NCBI GenBank assembly: GCA_947084965.1
Contig: CAMTUG010000001.1
Coordinates: forward strand, 276,206-340,205
Length of the DNA: 64,000 nucleotides
Source: an uncultured Parcubacteria group bacterium
Lineage (GTDB): Bacteria > Patescibacteriota > Patescibacteriia > UBA9934 > CAMTUG01
Reading direction: 5' to 3'
Shown here in pieces: positions 52,239 through 62,218 of the stretch (within the stretch, counting starts at the first letter, position 1; each line of letters opens with the position of its first letter). The notes below the pieces were generated by a model. The model was not told the DNA's origin and ran no database searches. It saw nothing but the letters and a program-made list of their open reading frames with translations. Made by a program: the position numbers and the translations under genes.

Positions 52239-52841
52239 TTAAACTTCTTTTCTGCCAGTCAGTGATTCGCCTAACGTCACTTCGTCGGCGAATTCGAGCT
52301 CGGCGCCGAGCGGGAGACCGCGGGCGAGGCGAGTGACTTTGCGCCCGAGGGGACGCAGGAATTTTGATAAATAGTGGGTCGTCGTTTCGCCGTGGACGTT
52401 GGGAGAAACAGCAAGGATGATTTCGGTGATTCCCGGTTCGGCTTCAAGACGAACGACCAATTCACGGATATTCAAAACGTCAGGTGTGACCCCTTCGACA
52501 GGATTCAACAACCCACCAAGAACGAAGTAGCGGCCGCGGAATTCGCCGGTGTCTTCGATCGTGGCGATGTCGCGCGGTTCGGCGACCACACAGAGTGTCT
52601 GGGTTACGCGCTTAGGGTCACCGCAAATTTCGCACGGCGTGCGTTCGGAGTAGGTGCGACACAGATCGCAAACGGTGATGTCGCGTGTCAACGCCACAAG
52701 CGAACGGGCGAAGTGCTCAACTTCACCTTTGGGCTGGCGCAGCAAGGCAAAAACATACCGGAGGGCGGTTTTTGGACCGACCCCCGGAAGCGTGGAAAAT
52801 GCTGCCACGAGATTATGAATAGGAGCGGGAAACTTTCGCAT
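52239..52841 (-). CDS. recR: Recombination protein RecR
   Basis: HhH (LPGVGPKTALR), C4 zinc finger CDLC...CEIC, Toprim. Confidence 0.9.
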   Translation of the reverse strand: MRKFPAPIHNLVAAFSTLPGVGPKTALRYVFALLRQPKGEVEHFARSLVALTRDITVCDLCRTYSERTPCEICGDPKRVTQTLCVVAEPRDIATIEDTGEFRGRYFVLGGLLNPVEGVTPDVLNIRELVVRLEAEPGITEIILAVSPNVHGETTTHYLSKFLRPLGRKVTRLARGLPLGAELEFADEVTLGESLTGRKEV

Positions 52842-52870
52842 GTCGTTAACCTTTTTCTCTCACCTCTAAC

Positions 52871-53170
52871 TTATAATCCAAGATCCTTGAATGCATCAAG
52901 CCCTCCCATCTCTTTCATCTTGCCGGCGAGTTCTTTATGTAGCTTTTTGAGAGCGTCGTTGAAGGCGTCCTTGATCCCTTGCTGAAGTTTGACGACATCG
53001 TTCATCATCTCTGGGTCGATCTTTACATTTTCGACCTGTTGATTCCCGTCGATCATGACCGAAACTTTTCCCCAGCAGGCCGAGCCTTCGCAGTGAACTT
53101 CGGCGAGCACGGACTGCATGCCTTTGGCTTTGTCGCGTAAGTCCTTAATCGCTTTAATTTTGTTGAACAT
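52871..53170 (-). CDS. ybaB: Nucleoid-associated protein YbaB/EbfC
   Basis: 99 aa with the YbaB pattern. Confidence 0.8.
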   Translation of the reverse strand: MFNKIKAIKDLRDKAKGMQSVLAEVHCEGSACWGKVSVMIDGNQQVENVKIDPEMMNDVVKLQQGIKDAFNDALKKLHKELAGKMKEMGGLDAFKDLGL

Positions 53171-53179
53171 AGGTAGTGA

Positions 53180-54643
53180 TTAGAATGGGTGAGCTGGCGG
53201 GGCCGGTGGCGGTGGGGGCGGCGGTGGCAATGCACGTCCGCCGTTCGGCCCGATCCCCGCAGGGATCGCGGCACCTGGTGGCGGAGGGGTATTGCTTCGG
53301 CGTTCGAGATTTTTAAAGCTGGCGCGGGTAGAGTCAAAAAAGACGTTGACCACCCCGGTCGGGCCGTTACGATGTTTGCTGATATGGATTTCAGCCAAAT
53401 TTTTCTCTTCTGGGGCCAAATCTTCGAGCCGGAAGTTCTTATCCGCCGCTTTGCGGTAGATAAATAATACCACATCGGCGTCCTGTTCAATGGAACCGGA
53501 TTCACGCAAGTGAGCGAGTTTTGGAATGGCCGGTTTTACCAGTTCCACGGCACGGTTCAGCTGGGAGAGGCAGAGCACAGGGATGTTCAACTCACGAGCA
53601 AGTTGTTTGAGCGAACGGCTGATTTCAGAAACTTCTTGCACGCGGTTGTCACCCCCGTTGTACTTATGCGATTCCATCAGCTGTAAGTAGTCGATGATGA
53701 TCAATCCCAAGCCGTGTTCTGCCTGCAAACGTCGGGCTTTGGTGCGAATTTCAAGCGCCGTACAGCCGGCGGAGTCGTCGATGAAGATCGGTGCTTCGGA
53801 CAAAACCCCGAGCGCCTGGCCGATCCGCGGAAAATCATCATCGCGTTCGGAAAGTTTACCGGTGCGCAATCGCCACAAGTCGATTCCGGCTTCGGCACAG
53901 ATCATACGATCCACCAGCTGTTCTTTGGACATTTCCAGTGAAAAGATCCCCACCGCCTTTTTTGTTTTAACCGCGGCGTTGCGGGCAATGTCCAAAGCCA
54001 GCGACGTCTTTCCAACCGAAGGACGGGCAGCGAGAATAATCAGGTCCGAGTTTTGCAGACCGGCCAAAATATTGTCGAGTTCGGTGAATCCCGTTGTCAG
54101 GCCACGTAACTTGCCGCGTTCTTTGTGCAGTTCGTCGATGCGTTCGAAAGCGTCAGAAAGGACAGAGCGAATGGGGGAGAAGGACTGCTTCAAAAAGTTA
54201 CTGGAGACGTTGAAAAGTTTTTGTTCCGCCCCGTCAAGCAGAACGTCAGTGTCTTTTTCTTCATCATAGCCCATTTCGGTGATCTCGCTTGCGGTACGAA
54301 TCAACCGCCGCAGTGTCGCCTTCTTCTGAATAATTTTGGCGTAGTGGGCGCAGTTGCCAGACGTAGCCACGGCGTTCGCGAGCTCAGCGAGAAAAGACCG
54401 TCCGCCAATCTGGGTTAGCATCCCGCGTTCGTCCAAGCGGTTTCCCACAGATAGCAGATCGATCGGCTCGTGCCGTTCGAACAATTCAATAATCGTCTCA
54501 AAAACCATCCGGTGGGCGTCTTTATAAAAATCGTCCGCCCGCACCAGGTCGGCCACTTTAATGATCGCATCCGGATCGATCAAAATCGACCCGATCAGTG
54601 AGATCTCAGCTTCCAGGTTTTGTGGGGGGATGCGGTCTGCCAT
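53180..54643 (-). CDS. dnaB: Replicative DNA helicase DnaB with a Pro-rich C-terminal extension
   Basis: N-terminal IPPQNLEAEISLIGSIL, Walker A ARPSVGKTS, and an RecA-like core. The last ~45 aa are PPPPGAAIPAGIGPNGGRALPPPPPPPPAPPAHPF. Confidence 0.85.
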   Translation of the reverse strand: MADRIPPQNLEAEISLIGSILIDPDAIIKVADLVRADDFYKDAHRMVFETIIELFERHEPIDLLSVGNRLDERGMLTQIGGRSFLAELANAVATSGNCAHYAKIIQKKATLRRLIRTASEITEMGYDEEKDTDVLLDGAEQKLFNVSSNFLKQSFSPIRSVLSDAFERIDELHKERGKLRGLTTGFTELDNILAGLQNSDLIILAARPSVGKTSLALDIARNAAVKTKKAVGIFSLEMSKEQLVDRMICAEAGIDLWRLRTGKLSERDDDFPRIGQALGVLSEAPIFIDDSAGCTALEIRTKARRLQAEHGLGLIIIDYLQLMESHKYNGGDNRVQEVSEISRSLKQLARELNIPVLCLSQLNRAVELVKPAIPKLAHLRESGSIEQDADVVLFIYRKAADKNFRLEDLAPEEKNLAEIHISKHRNGPTGVVNVFFDSTRASFKNLERRSNTPPPPGAAIPAGIGPNGGRALPPPPPPPPAPPAHPF

Positions 54644-54717
54644 AAGCGACGGTATCTTACCACTGGCCCCTGCCGGGACAAGTGTAAAACGTGTGGGTAG
54701 TGTATACTGTGGTCATT

Positions 54718-55866
54718 ATGCTCAAGGTTTTGGAAGGTCGATCGTTTCGTGCTGTGCTACTGATGACGAGTGGGGTTGTTGGGGTGGGGGTTTTGGGTCT
54801 GCCGTACGTCATGAGTCAGTCCGGCTATTTGGTCGGATTTTTGCAGTTGGTCTTGATTACGATGGTGATGGTGATCATCGCCCTCATGTACGCTGAGATC
54901 ACCGTCCAGACAGAAGGGAAGCACCGGTTCGTCGCCTACATCGGTCGATTTTTAGGGGAACGTGGGAGAAAGGTCGCCACCTTTGCCTTTTTGTTCAGTA
55001 CGCTTGGGGGGTTGACCGCGTTCGTTATCCTTTCCGGAGAAGCACTTTCATCTGTCACCCACGGGGCGCTCACCCCCTTTTGGGCGTCGATCACGGTAAC
55101 GGTCGCTGTGGCGCTCATCGCCTTTCAAGGGCTTTTCTTCGTTTCAAAAATCGCCAGCTGGGCGATCGGATTCATCTTGATTTTTTACGTGGCACTCATC
55201 GTCGCTGCGTTGCCGTCGCTGCAGGTTCCTCACATGACAGTCATTGGCGAATCGTGGCGCGAACTGCTGATGCCCTACGGGGTGTTAATCTTTTCCCTGG
55301 CAGGGATGGGAGTTATTCCTGAAGTGCATGACCTGTTAGGCAGGCAGGTGAAAAAGCTTTCTGGAGCGATTATGGTGAGTTATGCCATGATCTTTGTGTT
55401 GTACGCCGTGTTTCCACTGGCGATGATCGGTGCACTCGGGGATCGTGTTTCTTCGGTAGCGTTGACGGATCTGCCGCAGATCGTTTCCGCACCGTTGGCC
55501 ACGGTCGGAACACTCCTCGGATGCCTGTCGGTCGCCTCGATCTTCCTCGTTCTTTCTTGGGAGTTGATCGCCACCTTGACGATCGATTTCAAACTGAGCA
55601 AACCGCTTGCTTGGTTGACGACCTTCGGCGTGCCCCTCATCCTCTTTTTCCTCGGCGTGCGGGAATTCATCGATACGATCGGGTTTGTTGGCAGTATCTT
55701 TGGTGGAACGACCGGTATCTTAGTGATCCTTGCGTACGAAAAGTTAAAGCGCACGCGCGGGTGTGAACAGCACAAGTGCTTCCGTCTCCCCACAAGTATT
55801 TCCATGATCGTCGGCGCGGCATTTCTTTTCGGCATCTTGATTGAAATTTGGTATACTCTTACCTAG
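54718..55866 (+). CDS. Amino-acid permease (aromatic/hydroxy amino acid transporter-like, 11 TM)
   Basis: Polytopic. The GVLGLPY motif is typical of the Tyr/Trp permease family. Confidence 0.6.
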   Translation: MLKVLEGRSFRAVLLMTSGVVGVGVLGLPYVMSQSGYLVGFLQLVLITMVMVIIALMYAEITVQTEGKHRFVAYIGRFLGERGRKVATFAFLFSTLGGLTAFVILSGEALSSVTHGALTPFWASITVTVAVALIAFQGLFFVSKIASWAIGFILIFYVALIVAALPSLQVPHMTVIGESWRELLMPYGVLIFSLAGMGVIPEVHDLLGRQVKKLSGAIMVSYAMIFVLYAVFPLAMIGALGDRVSSVALTDLPQIVSAPLATVGTLLGCLSVASIFLVLSWELIATLTIDFKLSKPLAWLTTFGVPLILFFLGVREFIDTIGFVGSIFGGTTGILVILAYEKLKRTRGCEQHKCFRLPTSISMIVGAAFLFGILIEIWYTLT

Positions 55867-56290
55867 TATGACAGCAAAACGTTTTGCCGCTTTTTGGGCC
55901 ATCGATTATGTCGTTGCCGGAGTGATCGTCTTCACCCTTGTGAATGGGGCTGTCCTTCTTGGCTTGCCGACGATCCTGCGACAGGCGATCGCTGTGTTTG
56001 TTCCGCTCTCAACGTTGTTTTTTGCCTGGGTCGCTTTTCATGGATCAACAAAAGAGCCCGCCCATCGTTATACGGTGGCGGCGCTTTGGCTCGGGCTCTC
56101 GATCTTCCTTGATGTGTTGACGGTCGCGCTTTTTTATCAAGCGTCGCCACTGGTGTTGTTCACTTCACCGCCGACGATCCTTGCCTATGGCTTTAAGTTT
56201 TTTGCGGTCGTTGGAGCCGGTACGCTTTCACGACGTTCAGCATCAGCATCGCTACCGTCACCGGACCTACTCCCCCCGGCACAGGCGTAA
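55841..56290 (+). CDS. Hypothetical membrane protein
   Basis: Hydrophobic ORF. Overlaps both neighbours, so it is uncertain. Confidence 0.3.
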   Translation: MKFGILLPSMTAKRFAAFWAIDYVVAGVIVFTLVNGAVLLGLPTILRQAIAVFVPLSTLFFAWVAFHGSTKEPAHRYTVAALWLGLSIFLDVLTVALFYQASPLVLFTSPPTILAYGFKFFAVVGAGTLSRRSASASLPSPDLLPPAQA

Positions 56291-57029
56291 GGGCGCCAGC
56301 CACCGGTTCAACGGACTCAAATTCCACGTCCCCGAGCACTTGATCGCCCACTTTGGTGGTGCCAACGTCAATGACGATGGCCCCTTTTTTGATCATCGAC
56401 CCTTTGATCCGTTTCGGCTGACCAACAGCGACGATCAGCACATCTGCTTCGAGGCAGATGGCTGCGAGCTCCGCTGAGTCGGGGTGCACGATCTTGCTTT
56501 CGATTCCACCTTCCTTCAACAAAGCGACGAGAGGCCGAGCGAAGATTTCGGAGCAGACGAGTGTGGCTCGCTTCACGTGTGTTTGATGCGCTGTATCGAT
56601 CAGCTTCATCACCCCCATCGCTACAGGTGAAATCAATCCTGGAAGCCCATGCTCCAATCGGCGTAGGTTTTCTGGATGAAATCCGTCAATATCTTTGTTG
56701 GGATCGATCGCGCGAATGACGTCATCTGGGTTTTGATGGGGGAGGGGGAGCTGAACTAAGATGCCCTGGATATCTTCGCGAGCGTTCAAGGCATGGATCT
56801 TTGCGATTAAATCAGTTTGAGAAATCGTGGCGTCAAATACGTGCTTCTCAAAGCGAATCCCAACTTCATTACACGCCTTTTCTTTTAATGACACGTACAG
56901 ATGTGACGCCGGATCGTCGCCAACTAAAAGCGCGGCCATGCCCGGGGTGTCGGGAGAGCCTTTAATCATCTCTTTGACTTTGTCGCGGATGCGCGCGGCG
57001 ATCTCGCGGCCGTTCAATATCTGCGCCAT
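56193..57029 (-). CDS. folD: Bifunctional methylene-THF dehydrogenase/methenyl-THF cyclohydrolase
   Basis: MAQILNGREIAARIR..., YVSLKEKA, GILVQLPLP. Confidence 0.9.
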   Translation of the reverse strand: MAQILNGREIAARIRDKVKEMIKGSPDTPGMAALLVGDDPASHLYVSLKEKACNEVGIRFEKHVFDATISQTDLIAKIHALNAREDIQGILVQLPLPHQNPDDVIRAIDPNKDIDGFHPENLRRLEHGLPGLISPVAMGVMKLIDTAHQTHVKRATLVCSEIFARPLVALLKEGGIESKIVHPDSAELAAICLEADVLIVAVGQPKRIKGSMIKKGAIVIDVGTTKVGDQVLGDVEFESVEPVAGALTPVPGGVGPVTVAMLMLNVVKAYRLQRPQKT

Positions 57030-57030
57030 G

Positions 57031-58272
57031 TTAGTAGGAAAGCCCGGGATAGAGCGGGAATTTCGAAGTCATCTCTTTAACCTGATTTCTGATTTCCGTC
57101 AATGCGGTTTCGTCGTTCGTGTGCGTGATGGCGAGGTCGATCCAAGCAGCAATCAATTTCATCTCTTCTTCCTTCATCCCGCGGGTGGTGAGCGCCGGCG
57201 TGCCGAGGCGGATGCCGGAAGGATCCATCGGTCCGCGTGGGTCGTCTGGAATCGCGTTTTTATTGACCGTGATTCCGGCGGCGTCGAGGGCGATCTGGGC
57301 TTGCTTACCCGTGACGTTTTTGTTGGTGAGGTCGAGCAAGAGCAAATGATTTTCTGTGTGACCAAAACAAATGGAGTATCCGCGGGCGATGAATTCTGCT
57401 TCAAGCACTTTGGCGTTTGCCTTGATCTGCCTTGCATACGCCTTGAATTCCGGCAAAAGGGCTTCTTTGAACGCCACGGCTTTGGCGGCGATAACATTTT
57501 CGTGCGGTCCGCCTTGTAATCCCGGGAAGACTGCCTTGTCGATCGCTTTGGCATGGATTGCCTTGCACATGATCATCCCGCCGCGAGGGCCGCGGAGTGT
57601 TTTGTGTGTGGTTGTTGAAACAACGTCGAAGATCGGCACCGGGTTGTTCATCTCACCCGCGGCGATGAGTCCAGCGATGTGGGCGATGTCGGCCATCGTC
57701 AGCGCGCCCACTTCATCAGCAATCTCTTTGACCCGGGCGTAGTTAATCTCGCGCGAATAAGCGCTGTAGCCGACCAGGATCAACTTCGGCTTATGCTCGA
57801 GCGCCATCTGACGTAAGTTGTCGTAATCAATCGAACCATCGGCCACTGTTTTGTAGCGGATGAAGTTGTAGATGCCTGCGCTGAACGTCACCGGGTGCCC
57901 GTGCGTTAAGTGGCCGCCGTGAGACAAGTCCATCCCGAGGACGGTATCGCCTGGGGAGAGAAGAGCGGCATAGACGGCGATGTTGGCTGGTGCACCGGAA
58001 AGCGGCTGGACGTTGACGTGTTCCGCACCAAATAATTGCTTGGCACGTTCAATCGCCAGGCCCTCCATCACATCGATGAATTCGCAGCCGCCGTAGTAGC
58101 GTTTGCTGATATACCCTTCAGAATATTTGTTTGTGGCGACGCTACCGAGGGCTTCAAGGACTGCTCGTGAAACGAAGTTTTCACTTGGAATCATCTCTAA
58201 TCCTTCACGTTCACGATCGAGTTCATTTTGTAATGCTCCAGCGATATCAGGATCAAATTGTTTCAAAAACAT
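57031..58272 (-). CDS. glyA: Serine hydroxymethyltransferase
   Basis: Tetrapeptide [14 protein letters not shown] around the PLP-lysine, plus the SHMT signature. Confidence 0.9.
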   Translation of the reverse strand: MFLKQFDPDIAGALQNELDREREGLEMIPSENFVSRAVLEALGSVATNKYSEGYISKRYYGGCEFIDVMEGLAIERAKQLFGAEHVNVQPLSGAPANIAVYAALLSPGDTVLGMDLSHGGHLTHGHPVTFSAGIYNFIRYKTVADGSIDYDNLRQMALEHKPKLILVGYSAYSREINYARVKEIADEVGALTMADIAHIAGLIAAGEMNNPVPIFDVVSTTTHKTLRGPRGGMIMCKAIHAKAIDKAVFPGLQGGPHENVIAAKAVAFKEALLPEFKAYARQIKANAKVLEAEFIARGYSICFGHTENHLLLLDLTNKNVTGKQAQIALDAAGITVNKNAIPDDPRGPMDPSGIRLGTPALTTRGMKEEEMKLIAAWIDLAITHTNDETALTEIRNQVKEMTSKFPLYPGLSY

Positions 58273-58646
58273 ACAAGCGTTAAAGATCATGGATTATCCG
58301 TTACAGTTTGTACATTCTACAACATATTCCTGACTTGCACCTGCAAATTTTCTGGCCGGTGACGTACTTCGTTGGCTTATTTAGGCCTCGGTTGAATGAA
58401 AGAAAATGTAAAAAAGTTGAGGCGGCCGCGCACGTGGGGCGGCCGCCTGGGAGCTGGCTTGGTATCTGCAGACGTGGGGACCGTGAAGCGGTCCCCGGGA
58501 CTCAGGCGACGCAGGTCGTCATGCGATCCTCCTTGCCGTTCGGCTCGGGGGTTGCTGGCTGCGGGTTGCACGCACCGAACAAGCTGTATTCGGTGCGATT
58601 TTTACTCTAGCAGGCGTTCGCAATTCTTGCTAGAGTTTGTGTGGAT

Positions 58647-59867
58647 ATGTTTGAGTCAGTACAAAAGGCCCATTTAATCGGTGTGGGAGGGATAGGCGTT
58701 TCGGCGCTCGGGAAGTTGTTTTTGCATTTGGGGAAAGTGGTTAGCGGATCGGATAGCTATCCAAACGAGCAGGTCGATGCCTTGCGTGCGCTTGGGGCAC
58801 ACGTGACGATCGGTCAGAGTGCAGACAACATCACCGAAGATATCGATCTGATTATTTACTCGCCGGCCGTGCCGGTTGATAATGCTGAACGTGCTCGAGG
58901 ACGAGAACTCGGGTTGATTGAGATGAGCTATCCAGAAGTGCTCGGCGAGATCTGCAAACAAAAACGTTGTGTGGCGATCGCGGGCACGCACGGCAAGTCG
59001 ACCACCACGGCGATGATCGGATTGGTCCTCGAAGCAGCTGGTCTCGATCCACTCGTGATCGTTGGATCAAAAGTGCCGACGTGGAAAGACGGCAACTTGC
59101 GCATGGGGCACGGCGAGATCTTCGTTGTCGAAGCGTGCGAGCACATGGCGAGCTTTCTGAAGCTGCATCCAGAGATCGCGGTCGTTACCAACATCGAAAT
59201 GGATCACCCAGATTTTTATCGCGACCTGGCGCATGTGCAGGAAACGTTTGCGAAATTTAAATTGCAATCTAAGCGCGTGATTGATGCTGGGACATGGTCT
59301 GGTAATCTGTCGCTCAAAGTTCCTGGTGCATTCAATATCGAAAATGCGCGACTGGCCGCGACCGTTGCCAAGGAATTTGATGTGCGTGATGAAGTCATCA
59401 CTGATGCGCTCAACACGTTTACTGGCTTGTGGCGCCGATTTGAGCGCGTCGGGCAGTATCGTGGTGCGGATGTCATCAGTGACTACGCCCATCACCCAAC
59501 GGCGATCGCGAAAACACTTCAAGCGACACGCGAGGCTTTTCCGAATCGACGCATCGTCCTTTGTTTCCAGCCACACCAACACGCTCGCACGAAGGAATTG
59601 TTCAATGCATTTGTTCCTGCGTTTGATAACGCGGATCGGATTATCCTGGTAGAGATTTACGCGGTTGCTGGACGGCTTGAGGTGGCAGGGGAGGTTTCCA
59701 GTAAGGACCTTGCTCGGTCCATTAAGGAACGGGGGAAGGATGTCTCATACGCAGTGGATCTCGTAGATGCGGAGAAACAAGTAAGAGATGTGGTCCAGGC
59801 GGGAGATGTCGTGCTGATCATGGGGGCGGGGGACGTCGATGATGTTGCGCGGAGGATCATAGAATAG
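58647..59867 (+). CDS. murC: UDP-N-acetylmuramate--L-alanine ligase
   Basis: HLIGVGGIGVSALG, GTHGKSTTTAMIG, DYAHHP. Confidence 0.8.
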   Translation: MFESVQKAHLIGVGGIGVSALGKLFLHLGKVVSGSDSYPNEQVDALRALGAHVTIGQSADNITEDIDLIIYSPAVPVDNAERARGRELGLIEMSYPEVLGEICKQKRCVAIAGTHGKSTTTAMIGLVLEAAGLDPLVIVGSKVPTWKDGNLRMGHGEIFVVEACEHMASFLKLHPEIAVVTNIEMDHPDFYRDLAHVQETFAKFKLQSKRVIDAGTWSGNLSLKVPGAFNIENARLAATVAKEFDVRDEVITDALNTFTGLWRRFERVGQYRGADVISDYAHHPTAIAKTLQATREAFPNRRIVLCFQPHQHARTKELFNAFVPAFDNADRIILVEIYAVAGRLEVAGEVSSKDLARSIKERGKDVSYAVDLVDAEKQVRDVVQAGDVVLIMGAGDVDDVARRIIE

Positions 59868-59945
59868 TTGGGTACGCAAAAATCACTTTTACAACTCGTT
59901 TGAGCACAAAATGTATTCAAACGAACTGAAAACTTACTTTATGGA
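59868..59945. repeat. ~78-nt intergenic hairpin element, copy 2 (see 14936-15012)
   Basis: ttttacaaCTCGTTTGAgcacaaaatgtatTCAAACGAactgaaaac. It starts right after a TAG stop, as copy 1 does. Confidence 0.75.
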
Positions 59946-60360
59946 CACACCCATCACTCTCTTCACAAAATTTCTTAATCGCGTCGGCGAGACGTCGGGT
60001 CAGCTTCTCTATCTTTCCTGCGGGGATGAACCGGCAATGAAGGAGCTTGCGGAAAAGGGGTATGACGTCGAAGCGTTCTGCCCGACCGTCACCGATGCGT
60101 GGCCGCAAAAAGATGACACCTACCATCTCGCGGTCGACACGTCGTTCTTCAAAAATCTTACGGATCCAGAAGAACGCGCTTACTGGCGCCGTGAGTTAAC
60201 CCGCGTTCTTCGAGAAGATTCTCTCGCTCTGGTTGTTCTTGGTGACATGATTGATCTCGATGATGCGGAAGCATTACTTGCTCCAGAGTTTAAAGTCGTC
60301 AACTACGATGGCCCGGCGTTCATCTTCAAAAAAGACGCGATCACCGTTTCTCAGGAGTAA
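59941..60360 (+). CDS. Hypothetical protein
   Basis: ORF. Start moved to ATG 59941 because the upstream ATG 59911 lies in the repeat hairpin loop. Confidence 0.4.
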   Translation: MDTPITLFTKFLNRVGETSGQLLYLSCGDEPAMKELAEKGYDVEAFCPTVTDAWPQKDDTYHLAVDTSFFKNLTDPEERAYWRRELTRVLREDSLALVVLGDMIDLDDAEALLAPEFKVVNYDGPAFIFKKDAITVSQE

Positions 60361-60362
60361 GT

Positions 60363-60794
60363 ATGGCAGACGAAACGATGCAGTTCGGTGAACCAAAAGG
60401 AGAGTACCCGACGCGGCGAAGCGCCTACGCGGTCGTGATCGATGACCGTAAGATTCTCTGCCTTTTGGTGCGCGGAAAGTACCATCTTCCAGGCGGGGGG
60501 ATTGATGAAAACGAAGATGCCGAGGAAGCGCTCAAACGCGAGATGCGGGAAGAGACGGGTTATCAGGTCATGGCACTGACAGAGATTGGTAAGGCGAATC
60601 AGTTTTTCGAAATGACAAAAGAAGGCCATCCACTCAACAAACTTGGTACGTTCTATACAGCGACCGTTGATCTTACGCACGTCGGACAAGGTCAGGAGGC
60701 AGATCATGAGCCGTGCTGGATTCCCGTTGATGCCTTTCTCAACTCGACCGCGGGCGACTTTCAGAAGTGGGCGGTTAAACAAGCGATGCTATGA
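60363..60794 (+). CDS. NUDIX hydrolase
   Basis: Nudix box GGGIDENEDAEEALKREMREETGY. Confidence 0.75.
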   Translation: MADETMQFGEPKGEYPTRRSAYAVVIDDRKILCLLVRGKYHLPGGGIDENEDAEEALKREMREETGYQVMALTEIGKANQFFEMTKEGHPLNKLGTFYTATVDLTHVGQGQEADHEPCWIPVDAFLNSTAGDFQKWAVKQAML

Positions 60795-61348
60795 AGCTCC
60801 CAGAATCAGCGGTGCGGGTGTTCAAAGGAGTTATCTTTGATGTCTATCAATGGCCGCAGAAGATGTTTGATGGAAGCACGGAAACGTTTGAGATGTTGAA
60901 GCGCCCGAGTACGGTCACCGTTCTGGCGACGCATGGAGAATCGATCATCGTTCACGAAGAAGAGCAGCCAGGGAAGCCGCCGTTTGTGACAATCCCTGGC
61001 GGACGGCGCGAGGAAGGGGAAGATCCGCTGGCTACAGCAAAGCGCGAGTTGCTCGAGGAGTCGGGGATGGAGTCAGACGATTGGGAAGAATTGCGTGTCT
61101 ACTCACCGGCGACGAAGATCGATTGGGAGATCTATGTTTTTGTTGCGCGTAACTGTCGTAAGGTGGCGGACCAGATGCTCGACGTTGGAGAGAAGATTCG
61201 TGTGCGCGAAGTAAGCTGGGAAGAGTTCTTGCAGATCGCTTGCGGAGAGCGGTTCTCGGAGACCGAGCTGGGCGCAGAGATCATGCGTCTGCGATTAGAT
61301 CCTGATCAGAGTAAGATGGACGCGTTCCGCAAAAAGATTTTTAGATAG
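60791..61348 (+). CDS. NUDIX hydrolase (ADP-ribose pyrophosphatase-like)
   Basis: Nudix box GGRREEGEDPLATAKRELLEESGM. Confidence 0.75.
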   Translation: MKLPESAVRVFKGVIFDVYQWPQKMFDGSTETFEMLKRPSTVTVLATHGESIIVHEEEQPGKPPFVTIPGGRREEGEDPLATAKRELLEESGMESDDWEELRVYSPATKIDWEIYVFVARNCRKVADQMLDVGEKIRVREVSWEEFLQIACGERFSETELGAEIMRLRLDPDQSKMDAFRKKIFR

Positions 61349-61349
61349 T

Positions 61350-62216
61350 ATGACGATCAAAGAAAACGAAGTGATGAGCAAACACACAACGTTCCGTATT
61401 GGCGGACCGGCGAGGTTGTATGTTGAGGTGGCGAACGTTGATGAGTTAAAGCAAGCGATCGCGTTAGCTGACGAAAAACAACTTCCATGGTTTGTACTCG
61501 GTGGCGGGAGCAACACCCTCGTGGCAGACAAAGGTTACGACGGCGTAGTGATCGCGATGGCCAATCGTGACGTGTCGATTGATGGTGATCGTGTGACGGC
61601 TGGTGCCGGAGCGATTTCGGTCGCTGTGGCGCGTGCCGCTGGTGGTGCAGATCTCGCAGGGATTGAATGGATGGTCTCTTTGCCAGGAACGATCGGCGGC
61701 GCGGTGCGCGGAAATGCTGGATGTTTTGGTGGGGAGATGCAGCAGGTCGTAGAGACAGTCCGCGTGTTTCGTAATGGGGAAGTTGTCGAGGTGTCTAACA
61801 GTGACTGTCAGTTTGGCTATCGCGAATCGATCTTTAAGCATAATGGCGACGTGGTGATCGATGTGACACTGAAACTTGCGAAGGGTGATCCTGCGGCGAT
61901 CAAAGCCAAGATGGACGAAGTGCTCAGCAAGCGTAAATCGACACAACCTACGGCGAGTGGCACAGCCGGATGCGCCTTCAAAAATCCTCTTGTCGACGGT
62001 AAATTGCAATCGTGTGGAAAAATTATCGACAACCTTGGTCTGAAAGGAACACAGATCGGCGGGATCAGTATTAGCGATGTGCACGGCAATTTTTTGATCA
62101 ACGACGGCACCGCCACGGCCGACCAAGTGCTTCAGCTCGTGAGCCTTATCAAAATGCGCGCTCGCGACGAACTTGGTGTACACTTACAAGAAGAGATTCA
62201 ATATCTAGGATTTTAG
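61350..62216 (+). CDS. murB: UDP-N-acetylenolpyruvoylglucosamine reductase
   Basis: FAD-binding N-terminus (HTTFRIGGPARLYVEV, VLGGGSNTL), MurB C-terminal domain. Confidence 0.8.
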   Translation: MTIKENEVMSKHTTFRIGGPARLYVEVANVDELKQAIALADEKQLPWFVLGGGSNTLVADKGYDGVVIAMANRDVSIDGDRVTAGAGAISVAVARAAGGADLAGIEWMVSLPGTIGGAVRGNAGCFGGEMQQVVETVRVFRNGEVVEVSNSDCQFGYRESIFKHNGDVVIDVTLKLAKGDPAAIKAKMDEVLSKRKSTQPTASGTAGCAFKNPLVDGKLQSCGKIIDNLGLKGTQIGGISISDVHGNFLINDGTATADQVLQLVSLIKMRARDELGVHLQEEIQYLGF

Positions 62217-62218
62217 CT

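Noticed and set aside
58354-58460. ZTP (pfl) riboswitch upstream of glyA
   Set aside because: Context fits (glyA-folD), but the only motif resemblance found (CCGCCTGGG) is on the strand opposite to glyA, and the 5' core could not be recognised. It is left as a testable hypothesis and not called as a feature.
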